A DNA stretch of 64,000 nucleotides from a virus (lineage: Duplodnaviria; Caudoviricetes). Positions within the stretch are counted from its first letter, which is position 1; every line of letters starts with the position of its first letter. The position numbers and the translations under genes are program-made. This document shows, piece by piece, positions 20,275 through 30,121 of this stretch. A model generated the notes under the pieces. That model saw only the letters and a program-made list of their open reading frames with translations. It was not told the origin of the DNA and did not search any database. The stretch spans positions 9,619 through 73,618 of IMG/VR virus record IMGVR_UViG_3300020440_001565. One strand, 5' to 3'.

Positions 20275-20751
20275 CTACCACTTCCTTGCCATTGAATTCT
20301 TAATAGCAAATCTTCCAAATGCTCTCACAGCCCAATAGGCACTATATTTTTTCCATGATGCTACTAGTGGTTCTGTTTCCGCCATACCTTGCTTAAAGAC
20401 ATCGTCAGCAAGTTTTCTTAACTCTGCAAATTCTTTTTTACTGATATCATTTCTTTTAGCATTAATTCTTTCATATAGAATATCATGTACTACAGCTGGT
20501 CTGGCCACATCAAATGGTGCAATGAAGGCCCAACAAGCTCTTGGTACTGATGCTAAATCTGTGATGTATCCGGTTGGTACAGTAATCTTACCACCTGATG
20601 AAATCTTTACATCTACTTTTGCTGTTTTGAATTTTTTAATTTCTTCTGCTGTTAAATCACTTTGGAAAACAAGATCCTTTTGTAGTTTCCATTTTTTCGG
20701 TCTTTTGAACTTACCGTATAAAAGGTCGTTCCATTTCTTTTTCTCTGCCAT
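20275..20751 (-). CDS. DUF1353-family protein
   Basis: ITVPTGYITDLASVPR...AVVHDILY...ADDVF...AVRAFG. Confidence 0.8.
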   Translation of the reverse strand: MAEKKKWNDLLYGKFKRPKKWKLQKDLVFQSDLTAEEIKKFKTAKVDVKISSGGKITVPTGYITDLASVPRACWAFIAPFDVARPAVVHDILYERINAKRNDISKKEFAELRKLADDVFKQGMAETEPLVASWKKYSAYWAVRAFGRFAIKNSMARKW

Positions 20752-20759
20752 TATAATTC

Positions 20760-21167
20760 CTATCTCATTAATTTTTTTACTTGATCTTCATTTATAGAAA
20801 GTACATCGTCTCTACCATGAAACTTGACATTCCATTCTGATAACCCAGTTATATTTTTTACATCATATAGTATTTGTCCAAGTGTTTTCATTATATCTGA
20901 ATCCTTATTGACTTCTACAAATACTTTAAACTTGCCATCTTTACCTGGACCAGGTGATGCTTCTGCATCAATTACGTCATAGTAACTTCTGTCTATGTAT
21001 CTTGCTAAATCATCTGCTGGTTCTTTGTCTTTTACAGAAAAAGCTATGACACAAACTCTGTCTTCTGAGTCTGTTTTAGGTTCAAATTCGTTAATAGAAA
21101 CTATGTTTTCAATAAGCCCATCTAAGTCGTTTGTTTTTAATCCTTCATATAATTCTTGTTTATTCAT
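20760..21167 (-). CDS. Hypothetical protein
   Basis: 135 aa ORF. Confidence 0.7.
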   Translation of the reverse strand: MNKQELYEGLKTNDLDGLIENIVSINEFEPKTDSEDRVCVIAFSVKDKEPADDLARYIDRSYYDVIDAEASPGPGKDGKFKVFVEVNKDSDIMKTLGQILYDVKNITGLSEWNVKFHGRDDVLSINEDQVKKLMR

Positions 21168-21168
21168 T

Positions 21169-21657
21169 TTACTCCTCCGGATTATTAATCATTGTGTCTG
21201 CGACTGTTTGTGTTGGCTTGTTATCTTCAGTGTCATCATCAGTTAGCTCAGAATCTATTGTAACATATTTCTTTGGCATTTTGATATTAACAATCCATAC
21301 AGGAACCTCGTCTACTTTTGGTTTTTTACTTCCGTTTTCTTGGTAATCTGCTGGTTCTTCAACTCTACGTGGATCTAAATAATAATCTTTCTGATATGAT
21401 ACTTTGCAATCTTTTTTGATTAATCTCATGCCACCTGTTGGATCAGGCATCTTTTCTCTTGGATACATTAGTGAAAGTTCAATCCAATATCTTGAAAGAT
21501 GTGGACCTTCAACTATTTCACCCTCTATCCAATTCTGATAGGTATATAGACCTAGCTCATCTAGTACACGTTCAAACTCGATAAGAATATCAGTCAGACC
21601 CGTACTTTTGCTAATCTTATAGTGGTTTTTTACTGTATCTGTACTTTGTATTGGCAT
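21169..21657 (-). CDS. Phage hypothetical protein
   Basis: 162 aa; TAATAAATA upstream. Confidence 0.7.
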   Translation of the reverse strand: MPIQSTDTVKNHYKISKSTGLTDILIEFERVLDELGLYTYQNWIEGEIVEGPHLSRYWIELSLMYPREKMPDPTGGMRLIKKDCKVSYQKDYYLDPRRVEEPADYQENGSKKPKVDEVPVWIVNIKMPKKYVTIDSELTDDDTEDNKPTQTVADTMINNPEE

Positions 21658-21676
21658 AACAATAGTATTTATTATC

Positions 21677-21901
21677 TTATTTCAGATATGCTACTAGTTC
21701 TTGATAGCCACCAATATATTTGTCATCAACAAAGATCTGAGGTACAGTTCTTACAGTATTACCTACTTTCTCTTCCAGCTTATCTTTGTCAATATCTTTA
21801 CCAACTTGATACTCTGTAAAATCGATACCTTTGCTTTCTAACAAATTCTTAGCCAGCTTACAAAAATTGCATATCGGCGTTGAATAAATTTCCGCTTTCA
21901 T
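21677..21901 (-). CDS. Glutaredoxin
   Basis: CNFC active site, TVPQIF, IGGY. Confidence 0.92.
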   Translation of the reverse strand: MKAEIYSTPICNFCKLAKNLLESKGIDFTEYQVGKDIDKDKLEEKVGNTVRTVPQIFVDDKYIGGYQELVAYLK

Positions 21902-21909
21902 GATTTCTC

Positions 21910-22944
21910 CTATTTTGGTTGTAAATTTTTAGACTTCAGATGTATAAAGAACTGCTTTATTTCTCCATCTCTCCAAACTTTAACTTCTATTGTGTCACCT
22001 GGGTTCTTTCCCCATAGTGCTTTGATAATATCTATAGTGGTTTCAACCTTCATGTTATTTACTTCGGTTATCATATCTCCAACTAATATACCAGAAGTTT
22101 CTGCTCCATATCCTGGTTGTAATGCACCAACTTTTACAATAGTATCAAGGCCGTATTCATCTCTAATAACAAAGTATTCATCTTTATCTGTTATCTGTTC
22201 CATTTTAATTCCAATAACAGGATACTCCACTTTACTGTCTTTTATAAGTTCATCAACGACCCATTTAGCAAGGTTACTTGGTAATGCAAATCCATAACCT
22301 ATATATGTTCCTGTTGGTGAGACAATCAATGTGTTGACACCAATTACTTCGCCTTGCATATTAAACAAAGGACCGCCTGAGTTACCTCTGTTTATGACAG
22401 TATCAGTTTGAATGTATAGTGAGTTACCTGAATCTTTAGCTCTATCAAGTGCTGATACAATACCTTTTGTTACTGACCATATTTGTCCGCCGCCATGCCC
22501 AATAGCATAAACTTCATTGCCAACTTTCATATCTCCTGAATCACCCCAGTCAACAATTTCTTCTGGTTGTTCGGGTAAGTCGATTTTTAATACTGCTATA
22601 TCATATCTTTCATCAATACCAATTATCTCAACATCTTCAAACAAGAAAGGATAGTCAAGTAATGCTACATTTACCTTGACTGCATTTTTGATTACATGAG
22701 CATTAGTAACAATGTAACCTTCTTTACTGATTATAAATCCTGTACCTTGACCTATTTGTGTTTTTTGGTCTTCTTTTAAGAATTTGTTATATGGAGTATT
22801 TGGATCTACTGTTGATGCTGTCGAAATTATATATGCTACTGCTCTTGATGTATCATCAACTACTTTTGAAAAACTGTCAGTAGATGCTTGTAGAGAAGAT
22901 GTTAATCCTACTACAAATACCAACATTATAAAAAATCTTTTCAT
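21910..22944 (-). CDS. HtrA/DegQ-family serine protease with one PDZ domain
   Basis: Signal peptide, TNAHV, YDIAVL, GNSGGPL, PDZ. Confidence 0.95.
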   Translation of the reverse strand: MKRFFIMLVFVVGLTSSLQASTDSFSKVVDDTSRAVAYIISTASTVDPNTPYNKFLKEDQKTQIGQGTGFIISKEGYIVTNAHVIKNAVKVNVALLDYPFLFEDVEIIGIDERYDIAVLKIDLPEQPEEIVDWGDSGDMKVGNEVYAIGHGGGQIWSVTKGIVSALDRAKDSGNSLYIQTDTVINRGNSGGPLFNMQGEVIGVNTLIVSPTGTYIGYGFALPSNLAKWVVDELIKDSKVEYPVIGIKMEQITDKDEYFVIRDEYGLDTIVKVGALQPGYGAETSGILVGDMITEVNNMKVETTIDIIKALWGKNPGDTIEVKVWRDGEIKQFFIHLKSKNLQPK

Positions 22945-23153
22945 TAAAAATTACCTCCGTCAGCCTCCACCATTTCATCTTGTTTCTTTAATGGGGCCTC
23001 TTGCTTTACCTTATCTTTACTATCAAGTAACAGTCTATTAACATCTGATACAATCGCTATAGCATCAGCCATTGTCAGTCTTAATTCTTTCGATTTTGAC
23101 TGCATTGCTCCTGTTACCATTTTGTTAAACTTATAAAGGTTCGGGTACTGCAT
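22944..23153 (-). CDS. Hypothetical protein
   Basis: 69 aa, coupled ORF. Confidence 0.6.
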   Translation of the reverse strand: MQYPNLYKFNKMVTGAMQSKSKELRLTMADAIAIVSDVNRLLLDSKDKVKQEAPLKKQDEMVEADGGNF

Positions 23154-23637
23154 CTTTTAATTTTGTTTTTGTCTCTTTTTTAAATGTACTTAAATTAATA
23201 TTTAGTTCCATTTCTGATCTAAAAGGACCAACAAACTCTAAACATTTTTCTGTGAGTGTTATTAGTTTAGGATTATTACTTGGAAATATACCGCCTTCAA
23301 ACCTTACACCATAATATCCTGCACAATATCTGTCATGAGATTTCTCAGTTTTAGTAAATGTAGGAATTTTATCAAACCACTGTACATTGAAAGGTTTTAC
23401 TTTTGTAGGAAAACCTTCTACATCATGTTGTGTTGGTGCATCTATTTTTGTAGATATTTTTTGAAATATATCTGTATCAAAATTTTTAATTACATCTTGT
23501 TTTGATTCAAATACTTGTATGTCTTGTTCTTGCTTTACATGATACTGATTTTTCTTAAATTCGATTGTACCGATGTTAATTTCACCATCTTTTAGTAACC
23601 AAAATTTTTCTTTCAGTATTTGTTTTGCGTGTATCAT
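23131..23637 (-). CDS. Phage hypothetical protein
   Basis: 168 aa ORF. Confidence 0.7.
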   Translation of the reverse strand: MIHAKQILKEKFWLLKDGEINIGTIEFKKNQYHVKQEQDIQVFESKQDVIKNFDTDIFQKISTKIDAPTQHDVEGFPTKVKPFNVQWFDKIPTFTKTEKSHDRYCAGYYGVRFEGGIFPSNNPKLITLTEKCLEFVGPFRSEMELNINLSTFKKETKTKLKDAVPEPL

Positions 23638-23640
23638 TTT

Positions 23641-24609
23641 TTAATTATATCCAGCATTTAAGTACTTTGCATGATCAGTTGGATTTTCACTGAGTCTTGT
23701 TAAACTGTATTTACTACAAAACTTCATAAACCTTATTCCTACTTGATCAATTGACTTAGAATTCTGTGCATTAGCTATCTGTTCAAATACTTCAGCTCTA
23801 ATTTCATCTGGTTGTAATGTTAAATCAATTAGATGCTTGTTTCTTTCGTACACATCACCGACTCTGTGTTCATTGCCATTATGATCAGTCCATCTCTGCA
23901 TCATAATATTGTTCCATGTAAATCCTTTATTTTTCCTATCGTCATATGCTTCTCTAATTTTTGTTTTTCTTACTTTAGGATAGGCTGTAAAAATATTATC
24001 AGATGAGTCACCACGTATGCATTTTTCAAACAATAACCACTCAGGCTCAGGTGCCGACATAGGCTTTTTAGTTTTCTTATCTATTACGGGTTGATTCTTT
24101 TCATCATAAACACCATCATACATGACAATTTGATTTGTCATGCCATTATACATTGAAACGTTTTGATTAATCAATTGATAAAAGTCAGAGTCTGTACTCA
24201 CTATAATATTTTTAGAATCTTTGTGTGCTTCAATCCATAATGCAATTACATCATCTGCTTCTGCATTTGGAGATCTAATTGCTGAACAATTCGTTTGCTC
24301 ATTTACAAATTTTAAGAAGTCATCATATGCTTCCCACCAAAACTGATCTTCTTCTTGTTCATTTGGTGATCGTTTATCTAGTACGACTTTTCTATTTTTC
24401 TTGTAAGGTTCATAAACATCTTTACGCCACGAACGTCCTTCAAGACAGAATATAACATGAGATCCAGAAAATAAATTTGTTGCTTTTTTAACTGAATTAA
24501 ACATGATATGAAAAGCAAGACCAATTTTCTCATCAAGAGAAGCCGCACGTCCGGCCACGTGTCTTGCTCTAAAAAACATATTTTGTGAATCAACTAGTAT
24601 ATATGTCAT
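23641..24609 (-). CDS. RNase H / 5'-3' exonuclease (T4 rnh-like)
   Basis: ILVDS, EADDVIA, STDSDFYQL, GDSSDNI. Confidence 0.92.
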   Translation of the reverse strand: MTYILVDSQNMFFRARHVAGRAASLDEKIGLAFHIMFNSVKKATNLFSGSHVIFCLEGRSWRKDVYEPYKKNRKVVLDKRSPNEQEEDQFWWEAYDDFLKFVNEQTNCSAIRSPNAEADDVIALWIEAHKDSKNIIVSTDSDFYQLINQNVSMYNGMTNQIVMYDGVYDEKNQPVIDKKTKKPMSAPEPEWLLFEKCIRGDSSDNIFTAYPKVRKTKIREAYDDRKNKGFTWNNIMMQRWTDHNGNEHRVGDVYERNKHLIDLTLQPDEIRAEVFEQIANAQNSKSIDQVGIRFMKFCSKYSLTRLSENPTDHAKYLNAGYN

Positions 24610-25133
24610 TACGAATACTCAACTTTACCATCTCCAACTTCCTTTTTATCTACTGGTCCTGTATCTTCGCCTGCTTTCATTTGTTCTTGCAATTCTGCTA
24701 AGACATCTGGATCAGTTGTTTCTAGTGCAATGTTTCGACAAAGTTCATCAAACCATTGACTTACTACTTGGTCATCTTCTGGTGCTGTGTATCCATTTGA
24801 TTTTAAGTTTTCAATAAAGTGTTCATTCCAATCTAGTTCAAAGAAACCTTTCTTTGGATTCTTTGGATCAAAATTTGTTTTAACTACTACAACATAAGGC
24901 TCGCCTTTAATTGTTGCTAGTTCTTTATTGAATTCATCTTTTGTTAGTTTGCCATATTTTAGATCAACGTCTAACAATTTGAGTTTCAACTCAGCTTCAT
25001 TATCAGCATACTTGATCTCAAGTATTTTTCTCTCTAGTGCCTCTCCAGATAATTCATGTTGAGCTTTAGCAATTTCTTTTGCTTCGCTTTTCATAAACCA
25101 TCCTTTAGGATTTAGTATAAACGGTATTTTCAT
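24609..25133 (-). CDS. Hypothetical protein
   Basis: 174 aa ORF with upstream TTGACA promoter. Confidence 0.7.
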   Translation of the reverse strand: MKIPFILNPKGWFMKSEAKEIAKAQHELSGEALERKILEIKYADNEAELKLKLLDVDLKYGKLTKDEFNKELATIKGEPYVVVVKTNFDPKNPKKGFFELDWNEHFIENLKSNGYTAPEDDQVVSQWFDELCRNIALETTDPDVLAELQEQMKAGEDTGPVDKKEVGDGKVEYS

Positions 25134-25171
25134 AATTATAATATACTATCCTTTCCTGTTTCTGTCAAGTA

Positions 25172-25306
25172 TTATCCAAATATATTTCGAATATTTTCTG
25201 GAAGTTTTGATTTAATTGGGTTCCAGATTGCTTCTTCTATTGGACCCAAATATTTAGGTCTTGGTGTTAACCAACCTATTAATATTCCAATTAATATGTA
25301 TTCCAT
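25172..25306 (-). CDS. Small membrane-anchored protein (44 aa, not in ORF track)
   Basis: MEYILIGILIGWLTPRPKYLGPIEEAIWEPIKSKLPENIRNIFG; RBS AGGAG. Confidence 0.55.
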   Translation of the reverse strand: MEYILIGILIGWLTPRPKYLGPIEEAIWNPIKSKLPENIRNIFG

Positions 25307-25314
25307 ACTACTCC

Positions 25315-26220
25315 TTACGTTCCTATTGCATTACCAAAAAGATAAACATGAACTCTTGCCGCAACATTGTATCCACGTTTAAATGCCTTTTCAGCCACTT
25401 TACCTGCTCCTGCTGTTTGTTCTTCTTCTCTTGCACCTGTTGGCATAACCCATATGGGCCAGTCAACACCTGCTTCTTTAAACTGTTTGATTACGGATTC
25501 CATTTCATCCCATTCTCTATCTTTTGGACCTACCACAAACTTCAACTGTCCTTTGCTAGATAATTTTCTATATTCTGCAACCACTTCAGGCTTAATTGCC
25601 TTTTCTGGCTTTTCTCCTGATACTGTAAATAGTTTAGGGCTTACACTAAAAAATATTTCTGTATCAATTCTGTTTACCCAATCAATAAATGGTTGTCTAA
25701 TTTTTTGTGTACCGTTAGTTTCAAATGTCATCGACTCTGGCAAATTACCTTGTCTTTCAAGTTCTTCATATATTCCTACAGTTGCAAATTGTCCTGTTGC
25801 CATCAATGGTTCACCACCTGTTATACATAAGTGTTGTCTTTGTTTTGTAATAGGATGTAGAAATAATCCTTCAGGATTACTTTCATTCTTCATTATGTCT
25901 ACAATTTTGTTTGCTAATGTTGATGGAGTCTCATGCCCCATTAAACCTTTAAACTTCTTTGCCCAAGTATAAGAACTATCACAACCTTTTTCCCACACAG
26001 GCAAGTCTTCTACTCTTTTTACTGTTGATATATCAAAGTCTTCAAATGGCAATTCATATGTATCAGGATTAGTTGGATCTATTTGTCCAAATCCGTTGCA
26101 TTGTAGATTGCATAGAAAAAATCTTATCCATGCTGTTGGAACACCCGTGTAATGTCCTTCACCTTGAATAGAGTGAAATATCTCCGAATAATAATATTTT
26201 TTTTCTTGCATCTTATCCAT
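25315..26220 (-). CDS. queE: 7-carboxy-7-deazaguanine synthase-like radical SAM enzyme
   Basis: EIFHSIQGEG...WIRFFLCNLQC, ITGGEPL, FETNGT, SVSPK, ARVHVYLFG. Confidence 0.88.
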   Translation of the reverse strand: MDKMQEKKYYYSEIFHSIQGEGHYTGVPTAWIRFFLCNLQCNGFGQIDPTNPDTYELPFEDFDISTVKRVEDLPVWEKGCDSSYTWAKKFKGLMGHETPSTLANKIVDIMKNESNPEGLFLHPITKQRQHLCITGGEPLMATGQFATVGIYEELERQGNLPESMTFETNGTQKIRQPFIDWVNRIDTEIFFSVSPKLFTVSGEKPEKAIKPEVVAEYRKLSSKGQLKFVVGPKDREWDEMESVIKQFKEAGVDWPIWVMPTGAREEEQTAGAGKVAEKAFKRGYNVAARVHVYLFGNAIGT

Positions 26221-26234
26221 GATTATAGTATATA

Positions 26235-26687
26235 CTATTTAGGTTTTTTGTCAATTAGATTTTCAGGATTGTAAGGATCAATTTCTCCTACTGCATTCCT
26301 GATACCAGCATTCCTGCCTTTTACATCACCTGTATGTCTTGGTAAGAAATGAATATGTGGCCAAAATATACTTTGTCCGGCCGCGGCATTTTGATTCATT
26401 GCAATATTGAACCCATCTATTTTGCCTTCTTTAACCATTTCCATTCCATCTCTGTATGCTTCTTGGAAACATAATCCAATCATACCGGGTGCATCATTTG
26501 TTTTTGGAACATACAATTTATGTCCTTCAACTGCTGGATACTTGTCCATAAACACAGAATACTGTGGTTCATCTCTTAACGGCTCCGAATTCTGCCACCA
26601 AACTGCATCTTTATATTCTTTTGGATGTTTGTTATAATCTTTAGTTTCATCCTGGTAAACTTCCCAAGGCCATTTTTTATCACTCAT
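26235..26687 (-). CDS. HIT-family nucleotide hydrolase
   Basis: GHKLYVPK; GQSIFWPHIHFLPR. Confidence 0.88.
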   Translation of the reverse strand: MSDKKWPWEVYQDETKDYNKHPKEYKDAVWWQNSEPLRDEPQYSVFMDKYPAVEGHKLYVPKTNDAPGMIGLCFQEAYRDGMEMVKEGKIDGFNIAMNQNAAAGQSIFWPHIHFLPRHTGDVKGRNAGIRNAVGEIDPYNPENLIDKKPK

Positions 26688-27196
26688 CTTTTACTCCACC
26701 AATTTTCCCATGGGTATACATACCAGACAGGATCTTCTGTTTTGTTTACTGCATGAGAATAATAATCCACATCACCAAACTCTGATGCTTCATTTTCTGT
26801 TAATACTGCAAATCTAATGTTTGCTAACCAATTAATTTGAGTCTTACCATCTGTGATGATCTTACCTCTGTTATCCCAATCATCAACAAGATATTTCAAT
26901 GTTGATCCTGAATCATTGATATCGTCGACAATTAAAATATTTTTTCCATCAAGTGCATCTTGAGGCATCCATTCATTTACAACAATCTGTTGATGATCTC
27001 GTAGTTGTATCTTTAAAGGGTGAAATGGAATATCAAAATAATGACTCAACATAACTCCCGGTATTAATCCGCCTCTACATAGTCCTACTATATAATCTGG
27101 TTTAAAATTATCTCTGTCTGTTGCAACCTGTCTTAAAATATCGTGTGTCATGTTGTCAACATCTTGCCAAGTATAAAAATGTTTTTTAATTGACAT
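26684..27196 (-). CDS. Type I phosphoribosyltransferase (Gpt-like)
   Basis: VGLCRGGLIP, ILIVDDINDSGST, YVYPWE. Confidence 0.9.
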   Translation of the reverse strand: MSIKKHFYTWQDVDNMTHDILRQVATDRDNFKPDYIVGLCRGGLIPGVMLSHYFDIPFHPLKIQLRDHQQIVVNEWMPQDALDGKNILIVDDINDSGSTLKYLVDDWDNRGKIITDGKTQINWLANIRFAVLTENEASEFGDVDYYSHAVNKTEDPVWYVYPWENWWSKR

Positions 27197-27608
27197 TGCA
27201 AACTCTCTTTCTGAGATCTGTTGTACTAAATCTATGATCTCTTGTATTGAAGTACAATTCAATACCACGTTGATTACAAACATTTTTGCCTGTAAAATCT
27301 TTATCCCTATATTCTTCTCCTAATATTCTAACATCAATAGGAAGTGTCTGTAGTATATCAATAACATCTTGCTCAGTTTGATATGGTAGTACTTCGTCAA
27401 CATAATTAATTGCTTTAAGTTGTAGATATCTTTCAAACATTGTTTGTATAGGCTTATTCTTTGTGTCTGGTCTATCAATTGTTGGATCACTTTGTAATCC
27501 TACAATCAAATAATCGCATTGAGATTTTGCTTCACGAAGCATTGCTACGTGACCTGCGTGTAATAAATCGAATGTACTAAATGTAATTCCTGTTTTGAAT
27601 ATGCTCAT
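27186..27608 (-). CDS. Cytidylyltransferase (TagD-like)
   Basis: TFDLLHAGH, ERYLQL, RDHRFSTT. Confidence 0.9.
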   Translation of the reverse strand: MSIFKTGITFSTFDLLHAGHVAMLREAKSQCDYLIVGLQSDPTIDRPDTKNKPIQTMFERYLQLKAINYVDEVLPYQTEQDVIDILQTLPIDVRILGEEYRDKDFTGKNVCNQRGIELYFNTRDHRFSTTDLRKRVCNVN

Positions 27609-28009
27609 AGATCTCCATCTTTTCTATTTTCAGAATTTGAAATATTAAACATTCCTCCTGGATATCTTGATTCTAATTTTTTAACATTTTCTTTTATTAC
27701 TTCATCAGGATCCAAACCCAAAGCACGGCAAGAACTAATCCAATACCATATAATGTCCCCAAGTTCTCGTTTAAAATGAAATACAGTTTCATCATTAAGA
27801 GGTTTACCTTGGAATATACATTTTTTAACAATTTCATTAAATTCTCCTGTTTCTGATGATAACCCTATACCACCTGTTAAAAGCAATGCCATGTTTACAC
27901 CACTACTGTTCTCTAGCCCTTCTAATTGTGTGTTGAGAGCTTTTGTTTCGTTGCTTTGTTCTGATGTGACTGCTTCTACAAATTTTTTATATTCATTTAA
28001 ATTAATCAT
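27605..28009 (-). CDS. MazG-like NTP pyrophosphohydrolase
   Basis: SETGEFNEIVKK, ELGDIIWY, NVKKLESRY. Confidence 0.9.
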   Translation of the reverse strand: MINLNEYKKFVEAVTSEQSNETKALNTQLEGLENSSGVNMALLLTGGIGLSSETGEFNEIVKKCIFQGKPLNDETVFHFKRELGDIIWYWISSCRALGLDPDEVIKENVKKLESRYPGGMFNISNSENRKDGDL

Positions 28010-28299
28010 TCATTCTTCTCCTTGTTATCATGTGCTGGTCTTGAATCGTATAACTTAGAATCAAAATGTGGATATAGATGAGTAGATTCCTCACCAGGTT
28101 CTTTGCCCCATTTTATCCAATTCCACCCACGTTCGTGAGCATAGTATAAAATCATTTTAGTTGCCACTTCAATACCTGCGATTGCTCCTGCCCAATTGAG
28201 TTTACCTGTAATTAACCATGCAATTAAAAACGTATCTGTTGTTGCTAGTATCCTCCAGGTTAATGTCTTGGCAAGACTTCTCTTTGCCTGTGACTTCAT
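28006..28299 (-). CDS. DUF2061-family membrane protein
   Basis: RSLAKTLTWRILAT...YYAHERGW. Confidence 0.85.
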   Translation of the reverse strand: MKSQAKRSLAKTLTWRILATTDTFLIAWLITGKLNWAGAIAGIEVATKMILYYAHERGWNWIKWGKEPGEESTHLYPHFDSKLYDSRPAHDNKEKNE

Positions 28300-28303
28300 T
28301 CAC

Positions 28304-29011
28304 CTACCCATGTCCTTTCATCGCAAAACAAATCTTGTAGAACTCTTCTCTTAACGCAGGATCTTTTTTAAATGCTCCATGCAATATTGAAGTAGTCATA
28401 TCAGATTCATGTTCTCTAACACCTCTATGTGTCATACAATGATGTTCTGCTTTTAGTATTACTGCAATATGTTCTGTCTTTGCATATTTCTTTAACTCTT
28501 CTGCTACTTGAGTTGTCATTTCTTCTTGTATTTGTGGACGTTCAGCAATATGATGAACTATTCTATTAAACTTAGATAATCCTATTACTTCACCGTTAGG
28601 AATAATACCTACCCAACAATTACCTACAATGTTCTGAAAATGGTGAGCACAGGTTGATCTAACTGATATAGGACCAGAAGTATATAAACTCTTGTATCCC
28701 ATGTTAGGAAATGCTGTTACTCTAGGAGGTTGCTGATACCTACCACCAAATACTTCTTTAAGCCACATCTTTGCCACTCTCTTGGCTGTGTCTTGTGTAT
28801 TATGATCATGCTCTGTGTCAATCACTAAAGAACTTAGAACACCTTGCATAGCTTCTTGTACTTCTGCTTGTAGTTCTTCTAGTTCACCTGGTAAAATGTA
28901 GTCTGCAATATTATCGTTGCAATGAAATCTTATGTTTTCTTTCTTAAGTCTTTCTTTGATCTTGTCTGATATTTTCACTTTGTTTCTCCGAGTTATTGAC
29001 GAGGATGTCAC
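28304..29011 (-). CDS. folE: GTP cyclohydrolase I
   Basis: TAKRVAKMW, CAHHF, GLSKFNRIV, QIQEEMT, AEHHCMTHRGV. Confidence 0.95.
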   Translation of the reverse strand: MTSSSITRRNKVKISDKIKERLKKENIRFHCNDNIADYILPGELEELQAEVQEAMQGVLSSLVIDTEHDHNTQDTAKRVAKMWLKEVFGGRYQQPPRVTAFPNMGYKSLYTSGPISVRSTCAHHFQNIVGNCWVGIIPNGEVIGLSKFNRIVHHIAERPQIQEEMTTQVAEELKKYAKTEHIAVILKAEHHCMTHRGVREHESDMTTSILHGAFKKDPALREEFYKICFAMKGHG

Positions 29012-29014
29012 TTA

Positions 29015-30121
29015 TCATGCTGGTAACTTTTCCAAGTTTATTTCTTTATAATTATTACTTTCTAACCATTTTACAGTATCTTGACATATGACGTCAATCT
29101 CTGAGTACTGAGGTTTCCAAGATAATAATTCTTCTGCTTTGGTTACATCTGCCGCAACATGAGATGGGTCACCTTCTCTTCTTGGTTCTTCCTTAATTGG
29201 TATTGATCTTCCTAAAGACTTTTCCATGGCTTGTACTACTTCTCTAACACTAAATCCTTTACCAGCACCAATATTAAATTCTTCTGCTACTGGTGATTGT
29301 GCATTATCTAAATATTCATATGCTAATTTGAAAGCTCTAGCAACATCCCATACATGAGTGTAATCTCTAATGGCTGTGCCATCAGGCGTATCATAATCTG
29401 TTCCAAAAATAGAAAAATGTGATTTACGACCTGCGGCCACTTCAACTATGTTTGGTATTAAGTGTGTTGGCTTGATTCTAACTTCGCCTATTTGTGCATC
29501 TGGCGATGAACCACAAACATTAAACAATCTCATTGATGTTGATTTTAATCCATAAGCTCTTGCATAGTCTTTTAATACACCTTCTATCATTAATTTAGAT
29601 CTGCCATAACTTGATAAAGGTTGTGTTCTATCACTTTCTACTATCGGCGGATTATGTCCTTCGCCGTATACTGAAGATGTAGAAGTAAAGATAAATTTAT
29701 CTGTACCATTCTTTATTGCTAGGTTCAAAAGTTTAATTGTACCTATTACATTATTTTTATAATATTTTGCTGGCTCTGTAACTGAAGGACCTACTAAACT
29801 ATTTGCCGCTAAATGAATTACTGCATCAAAGTTATACTTTTTCCACATCTCATCAAGTTCAGCTCTATCCTCTTTGACAGTATAATCTAACTTAAAATAA
29901 TTGCCGTACTTGTTTGCAAAAGGTCTTGAATCTAGATTTCTATCAATTGAATATACAGTGAAACCTTGCTCCATTAAATATTTTGCTACGTGTGATCCAA
30001 CGTAACCTGTTCCGCCTGTTAACAATACACTTTTATTTTTCATACTACTATTCATTATTAGTTTATATTTTTGCTGGAGCGACATGGTCTCTGTATCTTG
30101 AATCGTTCCTTGCATAATCAC
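29015..30121 (-). CDS. galE: UDP-glucose 4-epimerase
   Basis: TGGTGYVGSH, YGRSK, GTDYDTPDGTAIRDYTHV; real start probably MKNKSV. Confidence 0.92.
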   Translation of the reverse strand: MIMQGTIQDTETMSLQQKYKLIMNSSMKNKSVLLTGGTGYVGSHVAKYLMEQGFTVYSIDRNLDSRPFANKYGNYFKLDYTVKEDRAELDEMWKKYNFDAVIHLAANSLVGPSVTEPAKYYKNNVIGTIKLLNLAIKNGTDKFIFTSTSSVYGEGHNPPIVESDRTQPLSSYGRSKLMIEGVLKDYARAYGLKSTSMRLFNVCGSSPDAQIGEVRIKPTHLIPNIVEVAAGRKSHFSIFGTDYDTPDGTAIRDYTHVWDVARAFKLAYEYLDNAQSPVAEEFNIGAGKGFSVREVVQAMEKSLGRSIPIKEEPRREGDPSHVAADVTKAEELLSWKPQYSEIDVICQDTVKWLESNNYKEINLEKLPA

